Shown: one piece after another, positions 10,826 through 20,429 of the stretch
Layout: the number at the start of each line of letters is the position of its first letter
How positions within the stretch are numbered: position 1 is the stretch's first letter
From: an uncultured delta proteobacterium
GTDB lineage: Bacteria > Desulfobacterota > Binatia > UBA9968
Length of the DNA stretch: 64,000 nt
Direction of reading: 5' to 3'
Assembly (NCBI GenBank): GCA_963745835.1
Contig: CAVUZH010000018.1
Span: 96,001 to 160,000, forward strand
Position numbers and translations under genes: made by a program
The notes under the pieces: generated by a model
What the model saw: only the letters and a program-made list of their open reading frames with translations
Told to the model about the DNA's origin: nothing
The model's database searches: none

Positions 10826-11581
10826 ATGAGTTTTGATCCTACGCTGATTCTCGTCGGCATGGCCCTGCTGTTTGCCGCTTTTGTCAAAGGAGCTTCGGGA
10901 CTTGGCTTCCCGCTGATTGCCACACCGACAGTGGCTTTGTTGCTGGATATTCGTATAGCCATCACTATTCTGCTGATTCCCAACATCGTCATGGATTTTG
11001 CTCAAGTATTCCGTGACGGATTTCCCTTTGTCATTTTGCGACGCTTTGCCTGGTTTTTTCTTGCGACGATCGCCGGAGTATTTCTCGGTACTGCAGTTCT
11101 GGTCAACCTGCCGCTCTGGGTATTGAACTTCTGCCTGGGTAGCATGGTTTTGGTATTCGTCGCGTTCAACTGGCTAAAGTTTGAATTCAGAATTACTCCT
11201 GGCCTGGAAAAACTGCTTTCAATCCCGGTCGGGTTTATCAGCGGCTTTCTCAACGGTGTTACCAATGCCGCCGGTCCGGTGCTGGCGATTTATCTTTACA
11301 GTCTTAGGTTGGAGAAACGTCAATTTATCAAATCGATCGCGACAATCTTCGTGTTCACGAAGTTGAGCCAATTGGCTGCTGTCTCGAGCTGGAATCTGTT
11401 TAACGCCTCAACTTTGATGTTGTCACTGCAGGTTACGCTATTCACTCTCGTCGGCTTCTATGTGGGTATCAAAACGCAAGACCGAATCAACCAACAAACC
11501 TTCAATCGAGCTCTCTTGATCCTGCTGTTTGCCATCGGGGTAACGCTTCTTGTGCGCGCGCTGAGTCAGTCGTCATCATGA
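10826..11581 (+). CDS. TauE/SafE family (sulfite exporter-like) membrane protein
   Basis: Highly hydrophobic; FVKGASGLGFPL and GFLNG...GP repeat motifs. Confidence 0.85.
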   Translation: MSFDPTLILVGMALLFAAFVKGASGLGFPLIATPTVALLLDIRIAITILLIPNIVMDFAQVFRDGFPFVILRRFAWFFLATIAGVFLGTAVLVNLPLWVLNFCLGSMVLVFVAFNWLKFEFRITPGLEKLLSIPVGFISGFLNGVTNAAGPVLAIYLYSLRLEKRQFIKSIATIFVFTKLSQLAAVSSWNLFNASTLMLSLQVTLFTLVGFYVGIKTQDRINQQTFNRALLILLFAIGVTLLVRALSQSSS

Positions 11582-11628
11582 AAGGCGACGATGCGATGCT
11601 CCGCAGCGGCCTAGTCGTCGGGACGGAT

Positions 11629-12348
11629 TTACAGCGCCGGAGCAAAGAGATTATCGGGTAATCCGCGAACGTACTCGATTGTCTCCTGAAGCGAGATGAC
11701 ATCCGCATACTTCATCGCCATGTCGAAGAGGTTGATCTTGTGCGATGCCTGGCCACGATCAAAAACGCAGTCTTCCACCACCGAAACTTTCAAATTGTAG
11801 GAAAACGCGTCGATGACGCTCGCACGAACGCAGCCGCTGGTCGTAGTGCCAGTGACTAAAACGCTGTCGGCGTGCACCTCGTTTAGCATGCTCATCAAAG
11901 GTGTGCCGAAGAAGGCGCTGGGTTTTTGTTTGCGTACAACGATGTCTCCTCCTCCAGGAGCGATTTCATCGACAATGTCGTTGCCCTTATCCCAAGTATC
12001 GGTCATATCCTCGGTCGAACGACTATTCTTAGCTTGCCAACGGCCGAAGGCAACTGCGTTGGTTCGATCATCGTGGCCGGTAGTATAGAAAGTCGGCAGA
12101 TGTTTCTTTCTACATTCGGCAAGTAGCTCGCCGATACGGTGAACGCCTTCCCAACCTTCGGCACCGCAGCTGTTGCGAAAACGTTTGATTGAATCGAGAA
12201 TCGGCTCCGGCTTATCACCGACGAAGTTGTAATTAACATCGATCACCAAGACCGCAGGTCGCTGTCCGAACCCAGCGCGTTTACCGTAGCCGGATTTAGA
12301 AAAAACTTCTTTGTCTCTAACGGTTAGTATATCGTCCCAACTTGCCAT
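11629..12348 (-). CDS. Isochorismatase family cysteine hydrolase (N-carbamoylsarcosine/maleamate amidohydrolase-like)
   Basis: PAVLVID, KQKPSAFFGT and GTTTSGCVRASVIDA (D-K-C triad). Confidence 0.9.
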   Translation of the reverse strand: MASWDDILTVRDKEVFSKSGYGKRAGFGQRPAVLVIDVNYNFVGDKPEPILDSIKRFRNSCGAEGWEGVHRIGELLAECRKKHLPTFYTTGHDDRTNAVAFGRWQAKNSRSTEDMTDTWDKGNDIVDEIAPGGGDIVVRKQKPSAFFGTPLMSMLNEVHADSVLVTGTTTSGCVRASVIDAFSYNLKVSVVEDCVFDRGQASHKINLFDMAMKYADVISLQETIEYVRGLPDNLFAPAL

Positions 12349-12442
12349 TCTTGCGCCTCCTAGGCTGGGTATTTACCCGGCCAGATCATAACAAACGGTT
12401 GTCTTTGTCAACCATCTTTTCGTTCATGCCTGCGCAAAGCCA

Positions 12443-12472
12443 TTGACGCTTTGGGAAAGTTTCCTTTATAAC
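12443..12472 (+). promoter_or_regulatory. Candidate sigma70 promoter
   Basis: TTGACG-N18-TATAAC about 40 bp upstream of the methyltransferase. Confidence 0.4.
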
Positions 12473-12513
12473 CAGCGAGTCCGATTCTCGTCATATAGGA
12501 TTGAACAGTGGCT

Positions 12514-13059
12514 ATGAAAACCTTCTTGCGAAGCCTGTTGGGCCTTTATCTGCTTGCCGTCTTAAGTGCTTGCGCCATTCCACGGTGGACGGACGGCGAA
12601 GTTCCATTTGTACCGACGCCAGTTGGGGTGGTCGATAGGATGTTGGAGATGGCGCGGGTGACCCCCGCAGACGTGATCTACGATCTCGGCAGCGGGGACG
12701 GCGTCATTATCATTCGCGCGGCCCAAAAGTTTGGGGCTCGAGGAGTTGGCATCGAGATCGATGCTGATCTTGTGCGTAAAGCTCAAGCCAATGCATTCAG
12801 AGAGAAGGTCGAGCATCTCACGGAGTTCCGTGTGCAAGATGCGCTGTCAGTGGATGTGTCTGAAGCAACGGTTGTAACGCTATACATGTTACCGGAATTC
12901 AACGCCAAGTTGCGGCCGATTCTCGACCGACAGTTAAAACCCGGCGCAAGGGTCATATCGCATGATTTTCCTGTGGAGGGTTGGGTGCCCGATCGCACGG
13001 AGCGGGTCAACGGCGACTTTCTTCACGATCACACAATTCTATTATTTGAGATCCGGTGA
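12514..13059 (+). CDS. Class I SAM-dependent methyltransferase with lipoprotein-like signal
   Basis: VPFVPTP, YDLGSGDG and GIEID motifs; N-terminal LLAVLSAC lipobox; alternative GTG start at 12508. Confidence 0.88.
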   Translation: MKTFLRSLLGLYLLAVLSACAIPRWTDGEVPFVPTPVGVVDRMLEMARVTPADVIYDLGSGDGVIIIRAAQKFGARGVGIEIDADLVRKAQANAFREKVEHLTEFRVQDALSVDVSEATVVTLYMLPEFNAKLRPILDRQLKPGARVISHDFPVEGWVPDRTERVNGDFLHDHTILLFEIR

Positions 13060-13264
13060 TGAGCCGTATTAGGAATTGTACGAAGTGCAATTTAACCTGA
13101 ATAATTGAGGTAGCGGTGTTCTGGATGTCCGGATCCCCGAAAACAATTGCTGAATGCGTATCGGCACGGTCCCCGATACTGTACTAATCAGGTTCGTAAT
13201 TGATTGCTAAGTCGCCACGTCAAGTTCGAGAGCAGTCGTCTTGACTGTCGGCATGATGGGCTAC

Positions 13265-13621
13265 CTAATATTCATTTCGTTGGCGTTCCAGTCGTTGAAT
13301 GGTCTGCCGGTTTCGGGTGATTTCAGCCTGATTTCTTTGAATTTGCTGTTGCTGCTGGTAATTGGTGATCTCCTGACCTTGAAGTTGGTCTCCCACCAGC
13401 GCGCCGGCGCCAAGACCGAAGGCTCCGCCGATTGCTGCTCCGGCACCTGGATGGCCAACAGCGGCGCCGATGAGCCCCCCTGTCGCGGCGCCGCCAAGCG
13501 CTCCGATTCCAGCCCCCTTTTCACGTGTGGACAAAGAGCCACCGGCACAGCCGGTCACTAACATTGTCCCGGCCAAAACCAAAATTTTTACACTCCCGAA
13601 AGATCTTTTCGCTGTATGCAT
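13265..13621 (-). CDS. Glycine-zipper lipoprotein
   Basis: LVTGC lipobox, GxxxG zipper (GAGIGALGGAATGGLIG), Q-rich coiled-coil tail. Confidence 0.85.
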   Translation of the reverse strand: MHTAKRSFGSVKILVLAGTMLVTGCAGGSLSTREKGAGIGALGGAATGGLIGAAVGHPGAGAAIGGAFGLGAGALVGDQLQGQEITNYQQQQQIQRNQAEITRNRQTIQRLERQRNEY

Positions 13622-13650
13622 ATCTTTTTCCTTTCTGTATCATGAGCGTC

Positions 13651-13953
13651 CTAAAAACGTTTGCTAGCTTTGCCGCTTCCTTTATTTTTCCGATCGGTTT
13701 GTTTCGGAGCGGTCGGCAAGCGTTCCCGGCCGTGTATACCGTCAGTTTCATCGGAGCGCACCCAGCCACGGGCCGGGTCCGCGGACCACTGCGGGTCTTG
13801 GTTTGTGATTTGTTTGCTACTATGCTTGGTGGAAGCCGTGCCATGCTGCTTATGCGGATTTTTCCCTTTGCCAGCAGCAAGGACGGAGCTTGTTACATTG
13901 GCCGTTAGCAGATTTGCGATTGCTAGCACCGCTATGTAGCTGGCTACCTTCAT
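13651..13953 (-). CDS. Small secreted basic hypothetical protein
   Basis: Signal-peptide-like N-terminus (VLA-A), K/H-rich body, WSADPARGWVR core; collinear with neighbours. Confidence 0.55.
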   Translation of the reverse strand: MKVASYIAVLAIANLLTANVTSSVLAAGKGKNPHKQHGTASTKHSSKQITNQDPQWSADPARGWVRSDETDGIHGRERLPTAPKQTDRKNKGSGKASKRF

Positions 13954-13964
13954 AAAACATTTGA

Positions 13965-14132
13965 TTAAGCTTTTTTCGCTTCCATCGTGCTCATAGTCAC
14001 AGCTGCAATAGCGTGCGCGGATACTGACGGCTGAGCGAGTTTGTTCATATCAATTTTTTCAATGTTGTCGTTAAAGCAACGAACGATCGCGTTAAGTAAC
14101 CCCATAACCTCAATAAAATGATCTGATTGCAT
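13965..14132 (-). CDS. Small ORF (55 aa), hypothetical
   Basis: GGGAGG RBS 7 nt before ATG; MQSDHFIEVMGLLNAIVRCFNDNIEKIDMNKLAQPSVSAHAIAAVTMSTMEAKKA; lies right after a sigma54 motif; below the ORF-track cutoff. Confidence 0.5.
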   Translation of the reverse strand: MQSDHFIEVMGLLNAIVRCFNDNIEKIDMNKLAQPSVSAHAIAAVTMSTMEAKKA

Positions 14133-14169
14133 ATTGAATCCTCCCTAAGCTCTCGGGAGCCCTGTCAAC

Positions 14170-14184
14170 GCAACTCAAATGCCA
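14170..14184 (-). promoter_or_regulatory. sigma54 (-24/-12) promoter
   Basis: Minus strand reads TGGCATTTGAGTTGC, i.e. GG-N10-GC with TGGCA and TTGC consensus, beside a sigma54 activator gene. Confidence 0.75.
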
Positions 14185-14437
14185 CTAGAAAGAATATTAT
14201 AGATCAGCTATTTACGGTCTTCGCCATGTTATCGGGGAGCGGTAAAAAAGTTATGGTCAGGAAAGAAATACGTGGTCAAGCAAACCCGACTGATAATAGC
14301 CAGTGCCGAAAGCCGATCCTTCACAACTATCCAATAGTATTCTCCTTCACACCATCAGGCGCACGCAGCAGGGGAGTATCACCGCTGGAGACGACGGCCA
14401 AAAATGCACGGCGGGGTTTTGAGCTATCGGAAGAGTT

Positions 14438-15793
14438 TTATGCTTTGCCGTAGAGCACGAGCTTGGCGCTCAGAGTTTTCGGGGTAATACCGAGTAGGCG
14501 CGCAGCTTGGGTTTTGTTGCCTTCACTCGCGACTAACGCCTTTTCAATTGCTTGATGTTCGGCTTCTGCCAGAGACATAGGTGCCAATTCAGATTTTTCT
14601 TCGACCACCGCTTTGAGGCAGAACTGCTCAAAATCTCTGGCCGTCAGAGTCGGGCCGGGGGATAAGACCGAGAGACGTTCCATGGCATTGCGTAACTCTC
14701 GCACGTTGCCAGGCCAGGAGTGAGATTGCAGTGCAGTTGTGTAATCCCCCGCCCACTCTGGTACCGGCCGATGGTATTTCGTGGCGAAGAATTCCAGAAA
14801 ATAGTTTGCGAGCAGCGGGATATCCTCGCTACGTTGCCGCAGCGGCGGTAATTCAAGATGAAAAACGCTCAATCGATAAAAGAGATCCTGCCGCAGCTTG
14901 CTGTCTTTAACCGCGCTTGCGGGCTCGCGATTGGTGGCTGCCACTACTCTGACCGACACAGGAATATTTGCATTGCCGCCGATGCGTCGCACCTGCCGTT
15001 CTTCCAGAACTCGAAGAAATTTGGCCTGGACCTCCATGGGCATCTCAGTAATCTCATCGAGAAAGAGTGTGCCGCCGTCAGTTTGTTCGAAACAACCGGG
15101 GTGTCGTTCAATAGCATTGGTAAAGGCGCCCTTCTCGTGGCCGAAAAGTTCGCTTTCCATCAGTGTTGCCGAAATGGCTGCGCAGTTAAGCGCAAAAAAA
15201 GTAGCCTCACGCCTCGGTGAAAGTTCGTGCAATGTTTGGGCGACGAGCTCTTTGCCGGTGCCGCTCTCGCCGCTGATTAAAACCGACGCATCAGTGGCGG
15301 CAATCTGGCTGATTTGCTGGTAGAGCTGGCGCATGGGCGCGGATTTGCCGATGACCGAGCCGTAAGAACCCAACGGCGACTCGAGTTTGCGGCGTAGTGC
15401 AACGGCTTCGCGAGCAAGCGCAACCTGCTTCAGCGCCTTCTCAAGCGTGATTCGCAGTCGCTCGGGCTCGAGCGGCTTGGGTAAATAGTCATAGGCACCG
15501 AGCTTGATGGCTTGCACTGCGGTATCCACGGTCGCCTGACCAGTGACAAAGACAACCGCCATTTGTCGCACCCGTTCTCCCAAAGATTCGACGAATTGAA
15601 GTCCATTCATGCCAGGCATCATGAGATCGGTAACAATGGCATGGGGTAATTCCTTATCGCAGCTTTTCAACGCGGTCGCTCCGTCGGCAGCATCGAAAGT
15701 ATTGTAGCCCCAGTTTTGAAGCAGCGCCGTCAAGCCTTGGCGGGTGACGGAGTCATCATCGACTACAAGAACAATGGCGCGCGGGCGAGCCAT
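14438..15793 (-). CDS. sigma54-dependent response regulator (NtrC family REC-AAA-HTH)
   Basis: Receiver domain, GESGTGKE, GAFTNA (GAFTGA variant), FLDEI, WPGNVREL and Fis-type HTH. Confidence 0.96.
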   Translation of the reverse strand: MARPRAIVLVVDDDSVTRQGLTALLQNWGYNTFDAADGATALKSCDKELPHAIVTDLMMPGMNGLQFVESLGERVRQMAVVFVTGQATVDTAVQAIKLGAYDYLPKPLEPERLRITLEKALKQVALAREAVALRRKLESPLGSYGSVIGKSAPMRQLYQQISQIAATDASVLISGESGTGKELVAQTLHELSPRREATFFALNCAAISATLMESELFGHEKGAFTNAIERHPGCFEQTDGGTLFLDEITEMPMEVQAKFLRVLEERQVRRIGGNANIPVSVRVVAATNREPASAVKDSKLRQDLFYRLSVFHLELPPLRQRSEDIPLLANYFLEFFATKYHRPVPEWAGDYTTALQSHSWPGNVRELRNAMERLSVLSPGPTLTARDFEQFCLKAVVEEKSELAPMSLAEAEHQAIEKALVASEGNKTQAARLLGITPKTLSAKLVLYGKA

Positions 15794-15795
15794 AA

Positions 15796-17328
15796 TCAGC
15801 TAGGCTCCAGCGGAAGAATCAAGCGAAAGGTAGCGCCGTGACCGTTGCCCTGATAAGTCAGCGATCCGCCGTGCGCTTCGACGATCAATTGGCTTAGCGG
15901 CAACCCGATACCACTGCCCGAGATTTTTGTCGTTTTGCCAAATTCGAAAAGCTCCGGTTCTTGCTCCGGTGAGACTCCGGGTCCAGCATCGTTGATATGC
16001 ACCATTATTCGAGAGTCATCCTTCTCTGCCATAACGCGGATCTCGCCTCCGTCCGGCTGCGCCTCCATGGCATTGCGCAGCAGATTATCGAAGGCTTGAC
16101 GCAATCGAGTCGCGTCTCCTTGGACTTGCCAAGGTCCTTGAAGCGTTTCCTGGACAAGGCTGATGTTTTGGGCTGCGCAAGCTGACCCGATCGCTTCCAA
16201 GCTAGTCCTTAGAACTTCGGCTACATCCACCGGTTTATGTTCCATAGTGACTGGAGCGGAATAATCTGTGAAATCTCGTATCAGCCGATTCACTTGGCGC
16301 AGGCTCGAATCAAGCGCTGCAATGGAACGGTGCTGCTGATCGATTGCATCATTTGACTCTTCGGTAGATTGCGCCGGACTGCGCAGGAGCTCGAGATGAA
16401 TGGCCAGGGCGTTCAGCGGCGTTCGGACTTCGTGCGCCAGAGTGCGCGCGGCAAGCGCTAACCGTTGTGCAGGTGCGGGTGCGGCAACCTTCTTCCGCTG
16501 CTTCATCACCAGACGATCGATAAGATCCAAGCTAGTGCCCACTTCGTCCTCTCTGGCATACTCGGGACGAGCGGCGTAAGTTCCCGCTTCCGCTTGGCGT
16601 AGAGTTTCGCTGATAATGCTAAACCGGCGCGTATAAAGCGCGGTGGTCAGAAATGCGCTAAGCAGAGCGATGCCGCCACCCAACGCAAATAGTAGAGTTA
16701 GCTGTCGCCACATGCCGGTCAGAAGCTCAGTCCAGTCGGCTGGATTGATCCATAAGCGCAATCCGCCTGGGCCACGCGCCCCCTCCGGCATCTGCAACGG
16801 CACCAGTACATCATAGTAGGTTGCTTTGCCTTGAGTTCGAGAATTGATCAGGGTAACCCCGCCACGCAACGCTTCATGGAATTGCGCATTTCTATATGCT
16901 TCCGTGTCTTCCTGTCCCGCTGAGCTATAAAGGACCATTCCCTCGGCATTCAGGACCCACATCGCCTCGATACTACCGCTTCGATCAACGTAAGCGCGCA
17001 TGAGTCCTTTCACTTCCTCATGGCGCGATGGCCTGCGGACGGTGGTTTGTTGCCGGTTTGCGCTGCTTTTGCCGGGGAATATATTTCCCAGAAAACTCCA
17101 AAACGAGGATGATTGGGTTCGCGACGGCCCGGTTTGGACGATAACCGGACGCTGTTTCAGGCTATCGGCTAAGGCGATTTCCACCTGGCGCGCCATCAGC
17201 AGGGCCGTTTGTAGTGTGGCCTCGGTAGTAAGCCGTTGTGCGATCAGCCAGACACCCGCGGCGAACAGACCCGATATGATAAGTATGGTGCCCAGGAAAA
17301 CCGCTATTTGCTGCTGCCGCAAACTCAT
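15796..17328 (-). CDS. Membrane sensor histidine kinase
   Basis: Two TM segments, LAHEVRTPL, NLLRNA, DAGPG and GIGL boxes; coupled to the regulator; likely ATG at 17328. Confidence 0.92.
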   Translation of the reverse strand: MSLRQQQIAVFLGTILIISGLFAAGVWLIAQRLTTEATLQTALLMARQVEIALADSLKQRPVIVQTGPSRTQSSSFWSFLGNIFPGKSSANRQQTTVRRPSRHEEVKGLMRAYVDRSGSIEAMWVLNAEGMVLYSSAGQEDTEAYRNAQFHEALRGGVTLINSRTQGKATYYDVLVPLQMPEGARGPGGLRLWINPADWTELLTGMWRQLTLLFALGGGIALLSAFLTTALYTRRFSIISETLRQAEAGTYAARPEYAREDEVGTSLDLIDRLVMKQRKKVAAPAPAQRLALAARTLAHEVRTPLNALAIHLELLRSPAQSTEESNDAIDQQHRSIAALDSSLRQVNRLIRDFTDYSAPVTMEHKPVDVAEVLRTSLEAIGSACAAQNISLVQETLQGPWQVQGDATRLRQAFDNLLRNAMEAQPDGGEIRVMAEKDDSRIMVHINDAGPGVSPEQEPELFEFGKTTKISGSGIGLPLSQLIVEAHGGSLTYQGNGHGATFRLILPLEPS

Positions 17329-17421
17329 GCCGGCGCAGGATAACAGATCGTCCAAAGCCAGCAAAGTTGAACTGCTGGCCGAACTTGCGCCTCTAGCACC
17401 TTTGCTGCATAGTTAATTCCT

Positions 17422-18432
17422 ATGCTGGTGGATGCTTTAAATCGGCCGATCAAAGATCTCAGAATATCAGTGACTGACAGATGTAACTTTCGTTGCAGCT
17501 ACTGCATGCCGCTGGATGAATACGATTGGATCCATAAGAAGGAGATTCTCACTTTCGAAGAAATTTCACGGTTGGCAACCCTATTTGTCAGACTCGGGGT
17601 CGAGAAGATCCGTCTCACCGGTGGCGAACCGCTGGTCAGGCAGAATCTCGATAGGCTAGTGGCCAAGCTTTCCTCAATTGGCGGGCTTAAGGACTTGTGC
17701 CTGACTACGAACGGGGCTCTGCTTGCCGAAAAAGTCGTAGCACTTAAAGCATCGGGTCTGAAGCGCGTCAACATCAGCGTTGACTCGCTGAGCCCCGAGA
17801 AGTTCAGACAAATGACTAAGCGCGGCGACTTGAGCAAGGTCTTGGAGGGCATTTTTGCGGCTAAGCAGCATGGCCTTGATCCGATAAAACTGAATGCGGT
17901 GATCGAAAAAGGCTTAAATGAAGATGACATCTTGAGCCTGGTCGAGTTCTCACGTGACAATGGCTTTGCCCTGCGCTTCATCGAATATATGGACGTCGGC
18001 AATTCCAACGATTGGACATCCGGAAAACTCGTCTCAAAAAAAGAGATCATTGAGAAGATAAACGCTCAATATCCGCTTAAGGAAGTTGGACGCGCCGGAG
18101 GAAGCGCACCTTCGGTGGACTATGAGTTTATCGATGGCCGCGGGGATGTCGGTGTGATTGCTTCGGTAACCGAGCCGTTCTGCTCGAGCTGCACGCGTGT
18201 GCGGCTCACCGCGGATGGGAGAATTGTAACCTGCCTATTCTCTGGCATCGGTTACGATGTCAAAGGATTGTTACGCGGCGGCGCAACGGACGAGGAGATT
18301 AGCAAATTTATTGTCTCGATCTGGGAGAAGCGGGCCGACCGTTATTCGGCCGAACGGTTGGAAGCTCTTCGGTCGGCCAACTACGACCCTAAGAATCACA
18401 AAAAAATCGAGATGATCTCGTTAGGCGGCTAA
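17422..18432 (+). CDS. moaA: GTP 3',8-cyclase
   Basis: CNFRCSYC radical SAM motif, TGGEPL, FCSSCTRVRLTADG, C-terminal GG. Confidence 0.97.
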   Translation: MLVDALNRPIKDLRISVTDRCNFRCSYCMPLDEYDWIHKKEILTFEEISRLATLFVRLGVEKIRLTGGEPLVRQNLDRLVAKLSSIGGLKDLCLTTNGALLAEKVVALKASGLKRVNISVDSLSPEKFRQMTKRGDLSKVLEGIFAAKQHGLDPIKLNAVIEKGLNEDDILSLVEFSRDNGFALRFIEYMDVGNSNDWTSGKLVSKKEIIEKINAQYPLKEVGRAGGSAPSVDYEFIDGRGDVGVIASVTEPFCSSCTRVRLTADGRIVTCLFSGIGYDVKGLLRGGATDEEISKFIVSIWEKRADRYSAERLEALRSANYDPKNHKKIEMISLGG

Positions 18433-18700
18433 GGAATCAGTCTTAGTATCATGGGGTAGCATGCCGTCCTCCACTCCGCCTCGCCGCTCAGGCGAAGGCT
18501 TGCAACACACATAGTCCTGTGTTTCCTATCGCCAAGTGAAATCGTCGCGCTACTCTTCCTTGCGCCAATTAGCTGACGGCAGCAGCAGCGAGCGGGAGTA
18601 AAATCAGGTAAGTACCTCGCGCGCAACTCAACTGGACAAAGACGATGCCCCGTGGAAGAATTCCCCGTACCTCAAGCGGAGTTTTTGAAGGAGAACGATA

Positions 18701-19690
18701 ATGCTCAAAGTTATACCTGTTGAAGAAGCCGTGGGACTTCCACTCGCCCACGATATCACCGAGATCGTACCTGGAAAGCACAAGGGGCCGGCGTTTCGGC
18801 GGGGTCACATTGTACGTAAAGAAGATATCTCAAAGCTGCTCGATGTCGGCAAGCGAAATCTGTACGTTATGGAGCTCGATAGTGATGAGCTGCACGAGGA
18901 AGACGCGGCGCACAGATTGGCAAAAGCAGCCGCGGGTCCCAATCTCAAGCTGGTTGGCCCGAGTGAAGGTAGAGTAAATCTAGTGGCAGAGATTTCCGGA
19001 TTGCTGAAAATCGACTCTGATCTGCTCTATCGTCTCAATTCCCTGGGTGATCTGATGATGGCAACATTGCTGTCCGATCGTTATGTGAACAACGGCGATG
19101 TGGTGGCCGGTACACGAACAATCCCAGTCGTAGTGAAAGAAGAATTGATTCAGCGAGCTGAGGCTTTATGTAAAGATCATCCCATCGTACGAATTTTGCC
19201 GATGCCGCCGCGGCGCATTCATCTGATCGTTACTGGCAGCGAAGTTTACACGGGGAGAATTCAAGACGGTTTTGAGCCTGTAGTTCGGCGGAAGGCCGCC
19301 GCAATGGGATCTGATTTGGCCGATAAGCAAGTTGCCAATGACGATCCCGATCAAATTGCCAAGCTTATCCAAGAGGCCCAACGAAGCGGCGCAGAGATAA
19401 TTCTGGTCAGCGGTGGAATGTCGGTCGATCCCGACGACAAAACACCAGAAGGGATCCGCCGCAGCGGCGCGACAATAGAATCTCACGGTTTTCCGTTGCT
19501 TCCAGGTTCGATGTTTCTAATGGCTTATTTAAGCGGTACGCCGATTTTGGGATTGTCGGGCTGTGTCTTGCATGATCCGTTCAGCGCTTTTGATATCCTC
19601 CTCCCGCGCCTTTTGGCGGGAGATAAGATAACCCGAGCGGACATCATGGCGATGGGCCACGGCGGGCTGCAGAAGAAACACGATCACTAA
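18701..19690 (+). CDS. Molybdopterin-binding protein (MoeA/MoCF_biosynth family)
   Basis: LAHDITEI, VTGSEV, SGGMSVDPDDKTP and PGSMF motifs; follows moaA. Confidence 0.85.
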   Translation: MLKVIPVEEAVGLPLAHDITEIVPGKHKGPAFRRGHIVRKEDISKLLDVGKRNLYVMELDSDELHEEDAAHRLAKAAAGPNLKLVGPSEGRVNLVAEISGLLKIDSDLLYRLNSLGDLMMATLLSDRYVNNGDVVAGTRTIPVVVKEELIQRAEALCKDHPIVRILPMPPRRIHLIVTGSEVYTGRIQDGFEPVVRRKAAAMGSDLADKQVANDDPDQIAKLIQEAQRSGAEIILVSGGMSVDPDDKTPEGIRRSGATIESHGFPLLPGSMFLMAYLSGTPILGLSGCVLHDPFSAFDILLPRLLAGDKITRADIMAMGHGGLQKKHDH

Positions 19691-19692
19691 GG

Positions 19693-20355
19693 ATGGAGGA
19701 AACGATGGAAATACTAAAGACCCTGAAAGACCGTTGCGACCCGCGTTATGCCGCGTTGATTGTGGTCGATGTCCAAAATGATTTCGTTAGCCCGGAAGGG
19801 AGCGCGGGCAAGCGCGGCGACGATGTCGGCGCGGCAATGGCTATGATACCGAACCTGACGGGGCTTATCGGTCAAGCTCGAAAAGTAGGCCTTACAGTCG
19901 TTTATATAAGAACCACACACAGCGATTGGACCGACACGCCGTCCTGGATTTATCGCACATCGCAAAAAAGCGGTTTGAGTACTTGCCGCGAAGGAACTTG
20001 GGGTGCGGAATTTTATGATGGAATTGCGCCGCTTCCGAGTGAGAGAGTCGTGATCAAGCACCGCTACAGCGCCTTTATCAACACGGATCTGAACACCGTG
20101 TTGAAAGCCCGTGGCATTCAAAGCATTCTGGTTTGCGGGGTAGCGACCAATGTTTGCGTCGAAACGACCGCGCGAGACGGTTATATGTACGATTATTACG
20201 TGACGATGATCGATGATTGCTCCGCTGCTTACGATGCCAAGCTACACATGAGTACACTAGAGAACATTCGACGCCATTTCGGCCTCGTGGCTTCGTCACA
20301 ACAAATTATTGAATCGTGGAGTGGACTGCCCGTGAAACGGGCGATGGGCTTATAG
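19693..20355 (+). CDS. Isochorismatase family cysteine hydrolase (RutB-like)
   Basis: VVDVQNDF, KHRYSAF and GVATNVCVETTARD motifs. Confidence 0.9.
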   Translation: MEETMEILKTLKDRCDPRYAALIVVDVQNDFVSPEGSAGKRGDDVGAAMAMIPNLTGLIGQARKVGLTVVYIRTTHSDWTDTPSWIYRTSQKSGLSTCREGTWGAEFYDGIAPLPSERVVIKHRYSAFINTDLNTVLKARGIQSILVCGVATNVCVETTARDGYMYDYYVTMIDDCSAAYDAKLHMSTLENIRRHFGLVASSQQIIESWSGLPVKRAMGL

Positions 20356-20367
20356 TGGGTCGGATTG

Positions 20368-20407
20368 CAAAAGAGCCTGGCGCGGATTGACCGGCCAGGC
20401 TCTTTTG
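20368..20407. terminator. Bidirectional intrinsic terminator
   Basis: Perfect inverted repeat CAAAAGAGCCTGGC / GCCAGGCTCTTTTG between convergent genes. Confidence 0.85.
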
Positions 20408-20429
20408 GTTCGGGTGCGCAACGCTCCGC

